The notes under the pieces: model-generated
What the model saw: only the letters and a program-made list of their open reading frames with translations
Told to the model about the DNA's origin: nothing
The model's database searches: none
In this document: positions 48,980 to 61,575 of the stretch, in pieces
Numbering within the stretch: position 1 is the stretch's first letter
Layout of the letters: every line of letters begins with the position of its first letter
Program-made: the position numbers and the translations under genes
From: Gekko japonicus
Lineage: Eukaryota
Assembly: GCF_001447785.1 (NCBI RefSeq)
Contig: NW_015163638.1
Location: 221,687 to 285,686 of the forward strand
Direction of reading: 5' to 3'
Length of the DNA: 64,000 nt

Positions 48980-49180
48980 GTGTGTGTGTGTGAAGTGCCG
49001 TCAAGTCACAGCTGATTTATGGGACCGCGGCAGCATGCAGCTTTCAAGTCAATTGAGAAGCAGAGGTAGTTAGCTATTACCTTGCTCTGAAGAGCCTTCC
49101 TTGGTGGTCTCCCTTCCAAGCACTAACCTTGTTTGGAACTTGTGAGTTCAGGCTACACTAAGCTTGCCTTCCCTCCTGGC
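48980..49180 (-). mobile_element. 5S rRNA-derived SINE (5S-Sauria-like), degraded
   Basis: GGTGGTCTCCCTTCCAAGCACTAACC matches the reverse complement of the 5S internal control region; TG-repeat tail. Confidence 0.55.
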
Positions 49181-49605
49181 CAGAGAATTTACTATACAAT
49201 AATTCCAGATTGACGATTGCTTGCTTCTGTGGCACTGAACACTGTGTTATATTAATTGTTAGTGCAAGCTCCCTCCAAGTTTAACTTCCCACCAGAAACA
49301 AGCTAGTGTCAGGAGTAGGTATCACAGGATTGCAGAGACATCAGGAGTAATGTAAGACACAGAATAATTATAATCTAGAGGACAATGGCAGAGCTGAATT
49401 CCTGTTGGTGATATATAAACATATTTCTTCTCTTCCCATCTCAGAAGTGGAACTAAGAAAAATGTTTCAAATACCATTTTTAAATTGTGTACATGCATCA
49501 GAATCATGCAGCTGAACCTCTGCTTTGTGATACAAACCCCTAGGTAAGAGGGGAGCTTGTTCATCCTTGAAGGTTTGATCATGGGATGGATCCAATACCT
49601 TCTGC

Positions 49606-49803
49606 CAGGGGTCATTTCGTAGAAAAAGAGCTAGGGGGACTCATTAGCATAACTCATTAGCATATGCCACCCCCCCTGACATCACCGGAAGTGTGTCCTC
49701 CCCACAGCCAGCGGCGACCTCCAGCAGGCACCAGCAGGGAGCTCCAGGCCCCGCCCTCCCGCACCTCACCTGGGGGGATGGCGTCCCCCCCAAATGACCC
49801 CTG
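49606..49803. mobile_element. hAT-type MITE family B, copy 2 (198 bp)
   Basis: TIRs CAGGGGTCATTT...AAATGACCCCTG; perfect TSD CCTTCTGC (49598-49605, 49804-49811). Confidence 0.9.
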
Positions 49804-50092
49804 CCTTCTGCTAATAGAAGTACTTCCTTCTAGTGGAAGGAACCTTTCACCTGTCTGGTCTTGCAACAGAAAGAGGCTTCCTCCGCTGTTGGAAAGTTCC
49901 TTTTCTGCTGCAACAGTTCTGCAGGATCCAACTCACCATAAGATACACATCCAGCTTTAGGTTCCTGTAGATCTGTGACATGACAAGATCCTGCTGGTGA
50001 AGTTCTTTTCACCCTACAACCCTGGAACGCAGAGGCACAGGCATGGCAGTTCTGTAGCCATTAGAGGCTACAAGGGCAATGTTGAAACTCAC

Positions 50093-50164
50093 CAAGAATT
50101 AAATGGGAAGCAGGTACTTGAACATTCTCAAAATGCACTTCAAAATGTCCACCGTGGAAATAAT
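50093..50164 (-). CDS. ACAD11: ACAD11 exon ~16
   Basis: cag|AT YFHGGHFEVHFENVQVPASHLIL-G|gtgagt. Confidence 0.95.
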
Positions 50165-51463
50165 CTGTAACACAGTAAAAAGATCAAAGGTAAATGTCGG
50201 TATATAAAATTCAGTACTTATAACTCTGACCAAGGTTAGTCCAACAACCTGCCCATTCAAGGACTGTGGACCTTCTCTGCTTGCCCCTTCCCTCAGCAGT
50301 CCTCTCCAGACCCAGGAAAATTGATTTGCAGGGTCATGGATCTCACGTGGAGACCTAGCCATACAGATCAGTGGGTTTCAAGAACCATAGTCATTCTATA
50401 AGTCCACTTGTGTGGTTTTCAAAAACCTCCATCCAGAAAAGCTTACAGTGCAAATAAATCCTGTCAAGTCTTTTAAGTCAGTGCAACTAGACTCCTAAGA
50501 ATCTTGAATCTGAGCCCTTATAATCAACAAAACTTTAGCTATTGGCTTTGGAAAGTGCACGACTGTGGAAGAACAGCCACACTGAGTCTCAGGCACTGCT
50601 TCATCCTGTCCTCCAAAGCATCCAGGCACTGGCAGAAGTCTGAGTCTCCACCCAGCACCACAGCACTCTTCTGGCTTTTCCCAACCCACAGATTAGTTTT
50701 CTCTCCCTCTTTTGGTACTATGGCCACCAACTGGCCTTTGTAGGAATTACCCACCAAGGAGGCCAGTGCTCCCAGCCTCCCTTCCCTGCATTGCCATTCT
50801 AGGGCCCCAAATTGTGCCTTTGTCTCCCCAGTGACTGGTTACCACAGGGACAGCTTGCACACCACTGGGGAATACACAATTTGCCAACTGACTGCCTCCC
50901 TATTCCTGGCATCCATTTTTTTAAAAATGTGTTCAAACAGTGGAGGTCTTTCTGGTACAGAGGACAACTACCAGGATTCACAATTATAAAGCATTTCTTA
51001 AATAGGAAATGTCCACATGCACACTCTCAGCACAGCAACAGATTGAGCAAGAAATCCAAAAGAAAGGTTGTAAACATGCAATTCCTCTGTACATGCACTA
51101 GCTGAGCTTACTCTAAGGCAGGCTCTTTAACTTACAGTGTTCTGAAAGCCTTCTATTACCCTATTACATTGGTATCATTGTTCAGGTGGCCTTCTGCAGG
51201 AGCCCAGGTATGAGAACTCTTTCTCACGAGCTGGAACCAGCCATAAATGAGCCCTCCCCCTCTGTGCCAAGTGGTTTTATTATCTGTTTGCCTACATCCC
51301 CTGGGGGCAAAAAAAGAAGCACCTTTCCTGAAATCTCCAGGAAGATACATTCTAGCCTCTTAAAACCTCTCAAGTCTCTGTCCCCTTCAACATGCCAGCT
51401 TCCAGCTGGAAATGTGAGCTGACCATTTCATTGTCTCTGGCCAGGGAGGCCATTAGCATTCCT

Positions 51464-51529
51464 NNNNNNNNNNNNNNNNNNNNNNNNNNNNNNNNNNNNN
51501 NNNNNNNNNNNNNNNNNNNNNNNNNNNNN
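51464..51529. other. Assembly gap (N run)
   Basis: 66 N. Confidence 0.99.
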
Positions 51530-51823
51530 TTCTAAGGTGAAGGTTCTGTATAGTACAAACCTCCAAAGTACAACATATTTCTCCACAGTGATTCAACATG
51601 TTAAACAGCTATTCTCACTCACTGGAGGAAGGTGTTCTCGCCAGATGGAATGTTACTCCCCCTTGATCTTGGATGCGGAGAATCGGACAACAATTTTAGT
51701 TTTCCACTGCCAGAACTGGAGAAAGAAGATCCCTCCTGGTACTTCTATAATAGTTATGTACTAGAACGTGCTTTAAACAAGTCATATCACTAAAAATCAT
51801 AGCTGGCTGTGAAACCTACTTAC

Positions 51824-51909
51824 CAAAATAACCAAAGACTGAAAGAGGCCGTATGAGTTTGACTCCAGGGGTTTCCATTGGCACAATAATCATGCTGTGC
51901 TGTTTATAT
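51824..51909 (-). CDS. ACAD11: ACAD11 exon ~15
   Basis: tag|[30 protein letters not shown]|gtaagt. Confidence 0.95.
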
Positions 51910-52700
51910 CTAATCAAAGCAAAAGTAATATCAGATAGTGAGTTCCACTCACTCTCTCTTTAAAAATACAGAACATGTTATGTAGGAAAGGAGGCTCTCC
52001 AGGTACAAAGGGGATTTATAAACTTCATTTCCTGCGTGGTGTGCAAGCAGAAGCTGCCTTTGCCCTCTAGGAGGGGACAGTCCTGAGACCTTTCTGGCAG
52101 GCACCTGTGGGGGGGGGGGCTGAGTCAGCACCATGCAGGCATTAGCTCCTGAACAGCCAGGTATAGGAAGGGTTACCAACACCAGTGGCCCTATATGAAA
52201 TCTGCTTGCCACGTTGTTTGCCACGTGCCTAGATGTAATGAATTTTCAACACCGGGGGGGGGGACAACTTTAAAAAACAGGCTGTCTTCAATTAGGCATG
52301 ACCATTTCACAGCCAGTAGTTGTCTTCTTTTTCTTGGCTCTATATCTGTTGATATAATACCGACTCCATGGAGTGGTTTGTGGACATGAAATCAGTGGTG
52401 GTGGTGGGGGTAGGCTACAACTGCCTCTCTGTGCACACTGCAGTCACAAACAAAAAAATGCTGGTGGTGCTTGATTAGGGGGCACAAAACTCCCATTGCA
52501 TGTGAAATACAAAGAGCTTATGTTGTTCCCCAACAAGCACAAAGGTTTTCTGATGTGCTGCCCCACAGTTTTGGATTAGCTGCTCTAAACCATACGGGAA
52601 TCCGATACGGTCACTGGAGAAAGTGACACTGTGGGAATTTATGTTATGTCTCTTTTTGGAGTGGACATTCCAAACACATGTATCATAACTCATCTCTTAC

Positions 52701-52767
52701 CTGGATGCAGAGGTGTTTTTGTCTCTGGCCATCACAACTGCAAATTTGCAATTTGGATTTCCAGCTC
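52701..52767 (-). CDS. ACAD11: ACAD11 exon ~14
   Basis: tag|GA AGNPNCKFAVVMARDKNTSAS-AG|gtaag. Confidence 0.93.
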
Positions 52768-55700
52768 CTAAAAGATATGAAACACAGATACACTTCTTAG
52801 TGAATGAGTTTAGGATTGGGATGTTAAGTCTCCAGTAGTAATCGCCTTAATTTGGAAATAAATTTCACTAAAATCAGTACAGCGTACTTCCAAATAAATG
52901 TACAAAGCTCAGAAACCCAAATGCCCAGCAGCTACCACCATCCAGATAAATTCCTTGAATTGAAACAGGTCGGGGTTTTTACCACTGGTATACTTGAAAC
53001 CTAGCAAGACGTTTTAAATCCAGATTCAAGCTAACACCTCTTGAACACATGAACTTTTCAACCTATATTGAGGCCAGTGGGTGTTTAGCCGAGTACCCAG
53101 AGCCCAACAGGGGACACTGGTGCCACGGGGTCACAAAATGGCCCCAGCCGCCGCCACGACTGCAGTAGTCACACAAAAGTATTGGAATAATGGATCTTGT
53201 AGGAGTACGTAGATTGGCAATCACAACTATGTTGCCATATTTCCCCCCTCTCACCTAACGTGTTGAAGTGCAATTACCGACAGAAGACAGTGGAGAAACC
53301 GAGGCCATCACCAAAGCTGTGGCTTGGCAACATCATCCCTCCCCCAACCACCAACAGAACAGAATATCATGATCTCCACACATTGAATAGGGTACGAAGT
53401 TCATGGCTTACCACACTTCCCAATAGTGGCTTCAACAATTGTCATGTAGTGAACTGCGTCGAAAGTACTGTTCTCCACTGCAATACTACAGTCACATCTG
53501 ACAAAAACGACTTAACAAAATATTCAAGTGAACTGATCTCACTCATTGTATCTGTACGTCTAAGAAGCTGAAATCATTACAGCCATGAAACCATCAGATA
53601 GTACAGCAAAAGACTGTCGGTATGAAACACTACCTCAGTGAGCAGCAGAGATTACTCTAATGCAATAGCAGCCTCCACTGCCATCTTGCGGACCCAAAGC
53701 CGACATCGGACTGAATGCTGGCACATTCAACTACAAGCAGACTTCTTGTAATTTCTCTACTGTAGAAGCTTAAAATTTTTATTTTTAAAGTATTACTTTT
53801 TTTTTCTTTGACAGATTCATATTCTGTACTCTCCGATGGAGCACGGGTACCAAAATTCAGTGAGCATGTGTTTCCTGTCTCCTTGGTGGCCACGTGGAGA
53901 CTGTGAGCTGAAGTTGTTTCAGTATGTGTGGGGGAGGGAGGCTTGAAGTTCCACAGGAGGGCTGCTAACCCCCAAATTTAACAGTATGCAGATTATGCCC
54001 TTAAAGTATGCAATTTTTAAAAAATAGGTGGTCCATTTTCATCTTCTTAACTGTCTGGGGTTGATGAGCCATAGGGCAAAATTTAACTCAGGAGACTCCA
54101 AGCACTTAGGGGAGCAAGACAGCACCTCTTCACCTACAAGATCACCTGCAAGGCCGCAACAATGGAGCAGGAGCCTCTCAAGCGATTTCTCACCTCCTGT
54201 GGGGGCTGTCAAAGGTGAGCAGTGGGCCTTCTGCTGGGCTGTATGTAGGCCCCAGCAACCGTGCCATTCCTTGATGGCATACAGCCCATTCTTTTTCAGC
54301 TTGCTTCTAGAGGCTTAGGGGGGGTTATACTTTGGAAAAGTTATCATCTGAACTAGTATGCTTACAGCTAGATTCAACTATTTCCACTGCCCTCTGACAA
54401 CTGCTTGATGCATCCTTAAAATACACATTCCTTGCCACTAAGTGGTTTTCCGAAGGAAAAAAAATGTTGTTCAGGTTTAAGGCAAACTGACGTCCACCAT
54501 GGCTCACATGCAACAGCTGGTTTCCAGGAAAGAGCGAGCAAACACTGGTAACAAATGACATTCAATGGAAAAGACAGTTACATGCTGGAAATCAAAGGCG
54601 TGGTGGTGCTGGAAGGAAAACAAAATTCTTGAGTCAGTGCACAAGAACTGCATTCCACAGACGGAGTTCCCGACTGCAGCTCCTGCTATCCGAATAAAGT
54701 CAGGTCAGTCATGAATACTTCCTTTAAAATTTATGATGCCTGCCAATAATTCCTATGAGATCTTGGTCAGTAAAGGCTGTGACATGCAGTGTCTAGGGTA
54801 AAGGGAAGTGTTGCCTTACTGTAACAGCTTCCCCAAATGCGGTACTTTACCTTCCCAAGAAGAAGAAATGGTAGCCATTTAACTTATGAGGAAGAACGGA
54901 ATGAGGTGCTTTGGGGGGGGGCACAGTTGGAGGCTCTGCTTTTTGTTGCCAGCCACGGGGGAATCAAGCCTGCTTCTAGGCAGACCGAAGCATCCTGGAA
55001 TTGGCCGTTAGTATTTTCAGACACAGGGTGGATTATAGAGAAGGGCACATTTTATAGAGAAGAGATGGCTTACTATATAGTTTACGAAAGACCTGACTGG
55101 GAATGACAAAAGGCATTTAAATTGTGCAATCCAAAGTAGGGTCCTACCCTCTGAAGCCCAATTGATTTTATTTGTTTTTGAAGGGTGTAATCTACTGAAG
55201 ATTGCACTGAAACTCACTTAGAAAGTTGCCTTTCTTTTTACTTTAAACAGGTGGCTTGTCAAAGCACATCCACAGCAGCCCTTTCAAACTAGAATCAGCT
55301 ATGGTGCACTAAAGTATTTTAATAAAGCCCTTAATCAAAAAAGTGGGACTTGTAGTAGTGGTGGTGGTGGGGGGAATGGCTAATTTTCTTATCTATTTCC
55401 TACAGTTCCATAAACTGCGTATTCCTCAGCCTCAGCAAGTCAATTGTTTTATGTTTTGTAAATTGCACTGTCTGCTCTGACAGCTTTGGGGTCATTTCCC
55501 TCTCCCCACACACTGAATGGGAAAGTGAAACACACATAAAGGGTAAAGGTGACAAAATTGGATTTTCCTGAATTTCCACCTGGTGTGTTTCCTGTAATTC
55601 TTTTCTGTACTGCCAAAGGAAAATACTCAAAGAAGTGCAGGGGTGGTTTTTTTTTCATTTGCAGCTGGTGCAATGCTCAATGAAACACACAAGGTTATGT

Positions 55701-55893
55701 GGTTGTTCTTTTTTTAATCTCTATGATTTACTCGGGGTCCATTTCACCTCCACGGGATTAGAAAAGTATGTTTAAAAAAAACCTGGTTAATAATTTCTTT
55801 GAAAACTCAGTAGGTTCTCATTGCAAATTTTATTGTTAAGCAAAATCTGCCAGCAATTACGTGCTTTGTAATTAGTAAGACTAAAGGTTCCAA

Positions 55894-56176
55894 GAGAGCC
55901 AGTTTGGTGTAGTGGTTAAGTGTGCAGACTGTAATCTGGGAGAACTGGGTTTGATTCCCCACTCCTCCACTTGCACCTGCTGATGTGACCTTGGGTCAGT
56001 CGCAAGCTCTGGCACAGCTGTCCTTGAAAAAGAGCAGTTTGTGTCAGAGTTCTCTCAGCCCCACCTACCTCACAGAGGGTCTGTTGTGGGGAGGGGAAGG
56101 GAAAGGAGTTTGTAAGCCACTATGAGACTCCAAGTGAAGGGCGGGGTATAAATCCAACCTCTTCTTCTTCTTCTTC
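55894..56176 (+). mobile_element. tRNA-derived SINE (Squam3-like), full length
   Basis: A/B boxes, shared body, (CTT)n tail. Confidence 0.85.
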
Positions 56177-58130
56177 AAGATGAGTTCCAGATATTATGGC
56201 AGAGAAATTACAGGTGCTGCTTGATTTTACTCCCATCTAGCACCAGGAATGTCTCTCGCTTCTTCTGCATCTCAGTCTCTCTCTTAGTCAGAGAGATACA
56301 CTCCTGAGGGTCTCATTCAGATAGTTAATAAGCCACAAATACCACATAAGTGGAAAATTGAAGCAGAGGGACCATTATGGTATGAATGGAATCCTACCCG
56401 TTCAAGTTGTCTGAGGATAATTCTTTCCATTTGGGATTGTACACGTTTTAAATTGTCTCTTGCTATTGCGATTGGCTTTGTAGCTTTTGTCATGACGATG
56501 CGTTGCCTTGGATGCTATCCTCAGGGCACAGAATGTTACCACATTTTGTACACACATTCAAAATAAAGTCAGAGTTCTGCTTCACCTACTATAATACTAA
56601 TTTCCACGGGCTACTAGATAAAGCTTTTCTTTACATGCCTTCTGTACAACCATCCAAGTAAATCACAGCTCTTTATAGGAGGAGGAAATGGGGGGGGGGG
56701 GGTTAACGATATTACACAACACTTTCACCAGGACCTCGATAACCTTGTGCTCAAGTCAAACACAGCCCCATCAGCACCAGGCTCAGTGAGTTGAGGCACG
56801 CCTGATTTCATTAGCGTCAGTGCAGTTTATGCAAGCATATTAGCATCATCTGTTGTAGTGTTCGGCTAGGATCCAAAGAGTGCTCATGAGCGAGTCATTC
56901 CCACACAGGGATGGGTGTGGTTTGCCAATTGTCCCGTTTGGCAGTTGCCGCTTACGGATCACCCTGCCAGATGGTCCCCTGATCTTTGAGCCTGCCTTTC
57001 CAGAGGATGTGGGAAGGCTGAAAAATCCCCATGGGTGCTCCCTCCCTAACCACCCACCGTAGCTCATGCCTAGCCCTCTGAACTCCAGCCTTTGAAAACA
57101 CTTGGAAATGCTGAAACTCTACCAGCTACAATCAAATGGATACTGTAGACTTAACATAGAACAAACTAAGCCTTAATTATATGTTTGCTTTGTAAATACT
57201 TTTAAAAAGGGCTTCCCACAGCAGGCTGCAGCCTCAAGGAGACACAATAACCCATCAGGAAATGGAAATGATGCTCAGCCAAACCAGCTGACATTGGTTC
57301 CTTGGCCAGGAGCCACGTTTTCAAGGACAGAATGTAGATAATGTAGATGTTTAGGTATTCCTCCATCCTCTGACTCATTACTCTTCATTTTGAAATACCT
57401 TTCTGTTGTTTTTTAAGTTAAATTTAGTTAAATCTGTGAGCAAAAACACTCTCGCTTAGAAGTAAACCCCACTTAAATCAGTAAGTCTTTCTTCCGTATG
57501 GATTTGCTTAGCATTAGGGCTGAACTAGATGGTGTGTTGCTAAAAATGGCAGTCACATGACTAGTCCCTACCATCCTCCATAATATCTAGCACAACATGT
57601 CAATTAAGTTCTGCATTTCCCTGGTCCCTCTTCGCATCACTAGCTGTTTGGGGATGGGGTGGGACGGAAACCAAATTATAGGTTAGATTTCACCAGCATT
57701 TTTGATTTGCCTTGCCCGATTCCCCATCCTGCATGGTTTTGTAACATACAAGTCCCATGGTTTCCAGCACAGCCTTTTCTGGTAGCCAAAGGGAACTCCT
57801 TCCTTCCTTCTTAACCAGAAGTAAAGCTGTTGGCCCTAGCCTTGTGACATCACCAAGGGAGATTAGCCACAGAGCAGTGACCACTAGTGTCTTCCACACG
57901 GGAATAGGATTTCATGGTTTTCCTGTTGCTGCTGCAGCTGCAGATAAAACACAGCAGCGATGGGTCTTCCACATAGCAGGTTTCCCCGTAGTTTTCCTGC
58001 TCCAGTCCTACAGAAGTGGCCACCTCACCTTCCATTCTCTAAGTCACTAGGGCTTTTGCAGTTTTTTTAAAAAACATCAGCACTCGAATATCATTATACC
58101 AATAGGTATAGCAGGTCCTCTGTTTGTTTT

Positions 58131-58185
58131 TTGTTAAAGTCTCTGTCCCTCTCCCTTTTTGTTAAAGTCTCTATCCCTCTCCCTT
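58131..58185. repeat. ~28-bp tandem duplication
   Basis: TTGTTAAAGTCTCT(G/A)TCCCTCTCCCTT x2. Confidence 0.8.
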
Positions 58186-58301
58186 GTGAAGCTGTGCCCT
58201 TTTCCTTCTATCTCCGCAAGGGAGAGGGATATAGTGTTACTTTTTTTAAATGAAATCTGAGGATTCAGCGAACTTGCTACACCTGTTGTTACAATGATAT
58301 A

Positions 58302-58472
58302 CAGGGGTCGTTTCATAGAAAAAGAGCTAGGGGGACTCATTAGCATAACTCATTAGCATATGCCACACCCCCTGACATCACCAGAAGTGTGTCATAAGGT
58401 CACACCCCCTGACATCACCAGAAGTGTGTCATAAGGCCACACACCCCGCGATCCCCCCCGAAATGACCTCTG
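58302..58472. mobile_element. hAT-type MITE family B, copy 3 (171 bp) with internal ~37-bp tandem duplication
   Basis: TIRs CAGGGGTCGTTTC...GAAATGACCTCTG; TSD ATGATATA/ATGCTATA. Confidence 0.88.
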
Positions 58473-58895
58473 ATGCTATATGACAATAATATTCTAGTGC
58501 AATTAAAAAAAAAAGCCTCCCAGTGGCTGTGGGAGGAAATGGCTGCTGCAGGAACAGATTAAGGGGAAATGGCTGCCACATGGGCCAGAAAATCCTGATT
58601 TCCCCAATCCATCCAGGATTCACTGTGATCTTTCCCAAAACTTCAGAGAAATATCGTAGAAAAGCCAAGGAATCATGTGCACAAATGTACCACAATACTG
58701 TGGGGAAGCGTGGGGGGGGGGGACATTCCCAAAAGCAGTGAGCTCAAGTCAGGTAACCCATCTGGAAGACCCCATTGGGATGTTTATCTTGGTCTATGCC
58801 TTTGGTTCAAATATAATCCTACATTTAAAAATAAAATGAGGCAAGTGTTTCAAGACGGAATTAACTTGCATTATTTTTATCAACCAGCTTTCTAC

Positions 58896-59957
58896 ATGGA
58901 ACCACATATAAATTCTTCAGATTACTCTTACAACGATGAGGAATGGAATGATACTTTTGAATATGCTTTGTATGAAGAGATATGTGTCAAAGCAGAGGTA
59001 CGACGTTTCAGGAAGTCATTCCTACCTGCATTTTACTCCATTGTTTTCCTTGTTGGACTTGCCGGAAATTCTTTAGTGGTTGCAATCTATGCCCACTTCA
59101 AGAAACTGAAGAGCCGGACGGATGTGTACATCATGAATTTGGCCATTGCTGATTTGTTACTGCTTTTCACTCTCCCATTCTGGGCTGCGAATGCTGTGCA
59201 TGGATGGGTGCTTGGTATCGCTTTGTGCAAAATCACCTCTGCTGTGTACACATTGACCTTCAGTGCCAGAATGCAGTTTATGGCTTGCATCAGCATGGAC
59301 AGATACAACGCCATCATCAAACCCCAGAGTCAGCGAAGAGTTACAAACCAATGCAGCAAAACCTGTTCTGTTGTCTGGACGGCTGCCATGTTGCTTTGCA
59401 TCCCCGAGCTAATTTTTAACACAATCATAGAAATACATGACAGATCTGAATGTCTTCCTGTATTTCCCAAGAGCCTTGGGGTAACGCTTAAAGTAACCAT
59501 TCAAATCTTGGAAATCACTCTGTGTTTTGTGTCGCCTTTCCTCATCATGGTGATCTGCTACTCGGCTGTCGCCAGAGCTTTCCTTAAGAGCCCCAGCATC
59601 AAGAACTCCCGTCCCCTGAAAGTCCTTGCGGCAGTCGTCTCCGCCTTTATCCTCACCCAACTGCCCTACAACATTGTCAAGCTTTGGAGAGCCGTAGATA
59701 TTATCTTCCACCTGATCACAGACTGCGACATTAGCAAAGCCATCGATGTTGCCTTCCAGGTCACTAAGAGTATTGCCTTGTTTCACAGCTGCCTGAACCC
59801 CATCCTGTATTTTTTAATGGGAGCCTCTTTCAAAATGTATATGGTGAGAATGGTGAAAAATTATGGTTATTGGCGAAGACAACAAAGCACAGTAACTGAA
59901 GAGATTCCCATGGGCCACGAGGAATCTGCGGAGCAAACAAGCAGCTTCACTATCTAG
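58896..59957 (+). CDS. ACKR4: Atypical chemokine receptor 4 (CCRL1/CCX-CKR), 353 aa, single coding exon
   Basis: 7TM class A GPCR: acidic/Tyr N-terminus, [42 protein letters not shown]; splice acceptor AG 58886-58887 just before the ATG; nested in ACAD11 as in mammals. Confidence 0.95.
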   Translation: MEPHINSSDYSYNDEEWNDTFEYALYEEICVKAEVRRFRKSFLPAFYSIVFLVGLAGNSLVVAIYAHFKKLKSRTDVYIMNLAIADLLLLFTLPFWAANAVHGWVLGIALCKITSAVYTLTFSARMQFMACISMDRYNAIIKPQSQRRVTNQCSKTCSVVWTAAMLLCIPELIFNTIIEIHDRSECLPVFPKSLGVTLKVTIQILEITLCFVSPFLIMVICYSAVARAFLKSPSIKNSRPLKVLAAVVSAFILTQLPYNIVKLWRAVDIIFHLITDCDISKAIDVAFQVTKSIALFHSCLNPILYFLMGASFKMYMVRMVKNYGYWRRQQSTVTEEIPMGHEESAEQTSSFTI

Positions 59958-60511
59958 AAGACTTGGAGAAGGAGGGTAGTTTCTGTAGTCCCTGTTAGCT
60001 ACTCAGTGCTTAGATGTTGAGGGCTGACTCTGAGATAACAGAACGTATGTGCTCCTTGGCACGGAACTGCATCTCAAAATACTTGTTTAAACTGGTAGAG
60101 TGATGCAGGCCAAGTCAAGCAGAAACCTTGGAGCCATCAGTTTTCTGAACACCCCTTAGCATGGCACAGCTTTACCACTCTTGCTTTCAAGTTTATTGTA
60201 CAATCATCTGCTTTCTATAGACTACTCTATGAGAAGCTGAGGAAGGGAAAGACAAAAGTAAGAGACATGCTTAACAAACATGGGAGGGGATGTGTGAGAG
60301 GAGGGATCGGAAGTACTCGGAAAGTTGTTATCTCCAGGGCTGATTTTTTCTCTCTCTCTAGCAGACTGGATCAGGAAAAAAGTGTTGTTGTTGTTTTCTT
60401 TTTTCATCTATTGTACCCAGCATCCTGATGCTGTGATGCAGTATCTCTTCTTGCTCCCGCCAACCAGCCCCATGGACTAAGGAATGGTGAAATTTGTAAT
60501 GCCGTAACTAG

Positions 60512-60592
60512 TGCAATCCTAAACAGAATTACATCCTTCTAAATCTGCTGACTTCAATGGCATCAAAGGGTGTAATTCTGTTTAGGATTGCA
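60512..60592. mobile_element. Short palindromic MITE-like element
   Basis: 27-bp inverted arms TGCAATCCTAAACAGAATTACA(T/C)CCTT; degenerate relative at ~55124-55208. Confidence 0.7.
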
Positions 60593-61575
60593 GTGTACGG
60601 GGCTTTTTTTTCGGGGGGGGGGGGTTTTTCCTGGGGGGACGCAGGGGGAAGTTCTGGAACCTCTTCAACAAAATTCTTTTAAAAATATTTAAAAGCTCCT
60701 GAGTTTTCAGTATACAGCTTGACATTTTCATTTCCCGCTTCAGAGTTCCGGCACCTCCCCCCCCCCCCCCAAAAAGCCCTGGCACTGTACATGTAATAAG
60801 TTTTGTTACAGATGCTGCTTTTAAACACAGCTTTAATCTTACTCCTTGTCTGGACAGCCACAATTAAAGCTGGCACTTAGGTATGTTTCCCAACTGCAGT
60901 AACAGCTTATTTTTTTAACTGCGATCTGTTTGAGGCATTAAAAATATCTTTCCAGTTTCTAAGTTGTTTAATGACAACAATACATGTATGTAGCCATCTG
61001 TATTCACATGGATTTTATCACCACTTCCCAGGGTTGTTTAAATTAAAGACACCATGTATTTTTTCATTTTAGTGCAACTAATTACATCAGGAACAGTATA
61101 TAGTCAGGACTGCAGTATTTTCTTGGAATTTGTATGTAAAGATGTCTGCATCATGGTTAGTAATGGTCTTGAAGAATACTGTTAACGTATTTTGATATTT
61201 GGCAAGAACTGGCAAGAAAACTGCACTTCACATTCAAGATAAAAACAGGTTGCTTACCTGTAACTGGTGATCTTCGAGTGGTCATCTGTGCATTCACACC
61301 CATGGGATCTAGTACGCACGCGCTGGATCGATTGTTGCTGTACCAAGCTCTTTTAACGGATTTTCGCGCCCAGTCCCTTGGGCATGCGCAGGAACCCCAC
61401 ATGCCCAGAGGGGTGGGCGCGGACATCCCACCAGTTCCTACAAACCACCGCAAATCAACCCCTATTAAAAAAAAGTAGAAGCTGACAACAGCGGGGAAGG
61501 AGGGCGGGTGGTGTGAATGCACAGATGACCACTGCGAGCAGCAGCCTACCTGGAGGGGGGGTGCTGGCAGGTCTG

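Larger units (their letters stand above)
45459..52767 (-). other. ACAD11: ACAD11 gene span, 5'-partial (last 7 exons; upstream intron extends past window end)
   Basis: Seven minus-strand exons translate to the acyl-CoA dehydrogenase 11 C-terminal domain; synteny DNAJC13-ACAD11-ACKR4. Confidence 0.95.

Noticed and set aside
58677-58895. 73-aa N-terminal extension of the 426-aa ACKR4 ORF
   Set aside because: It starts at a non-ATG codon, crosses a G-run and lies upstream of a splice acceptor (AG 58886-58887); it is intronic read-through
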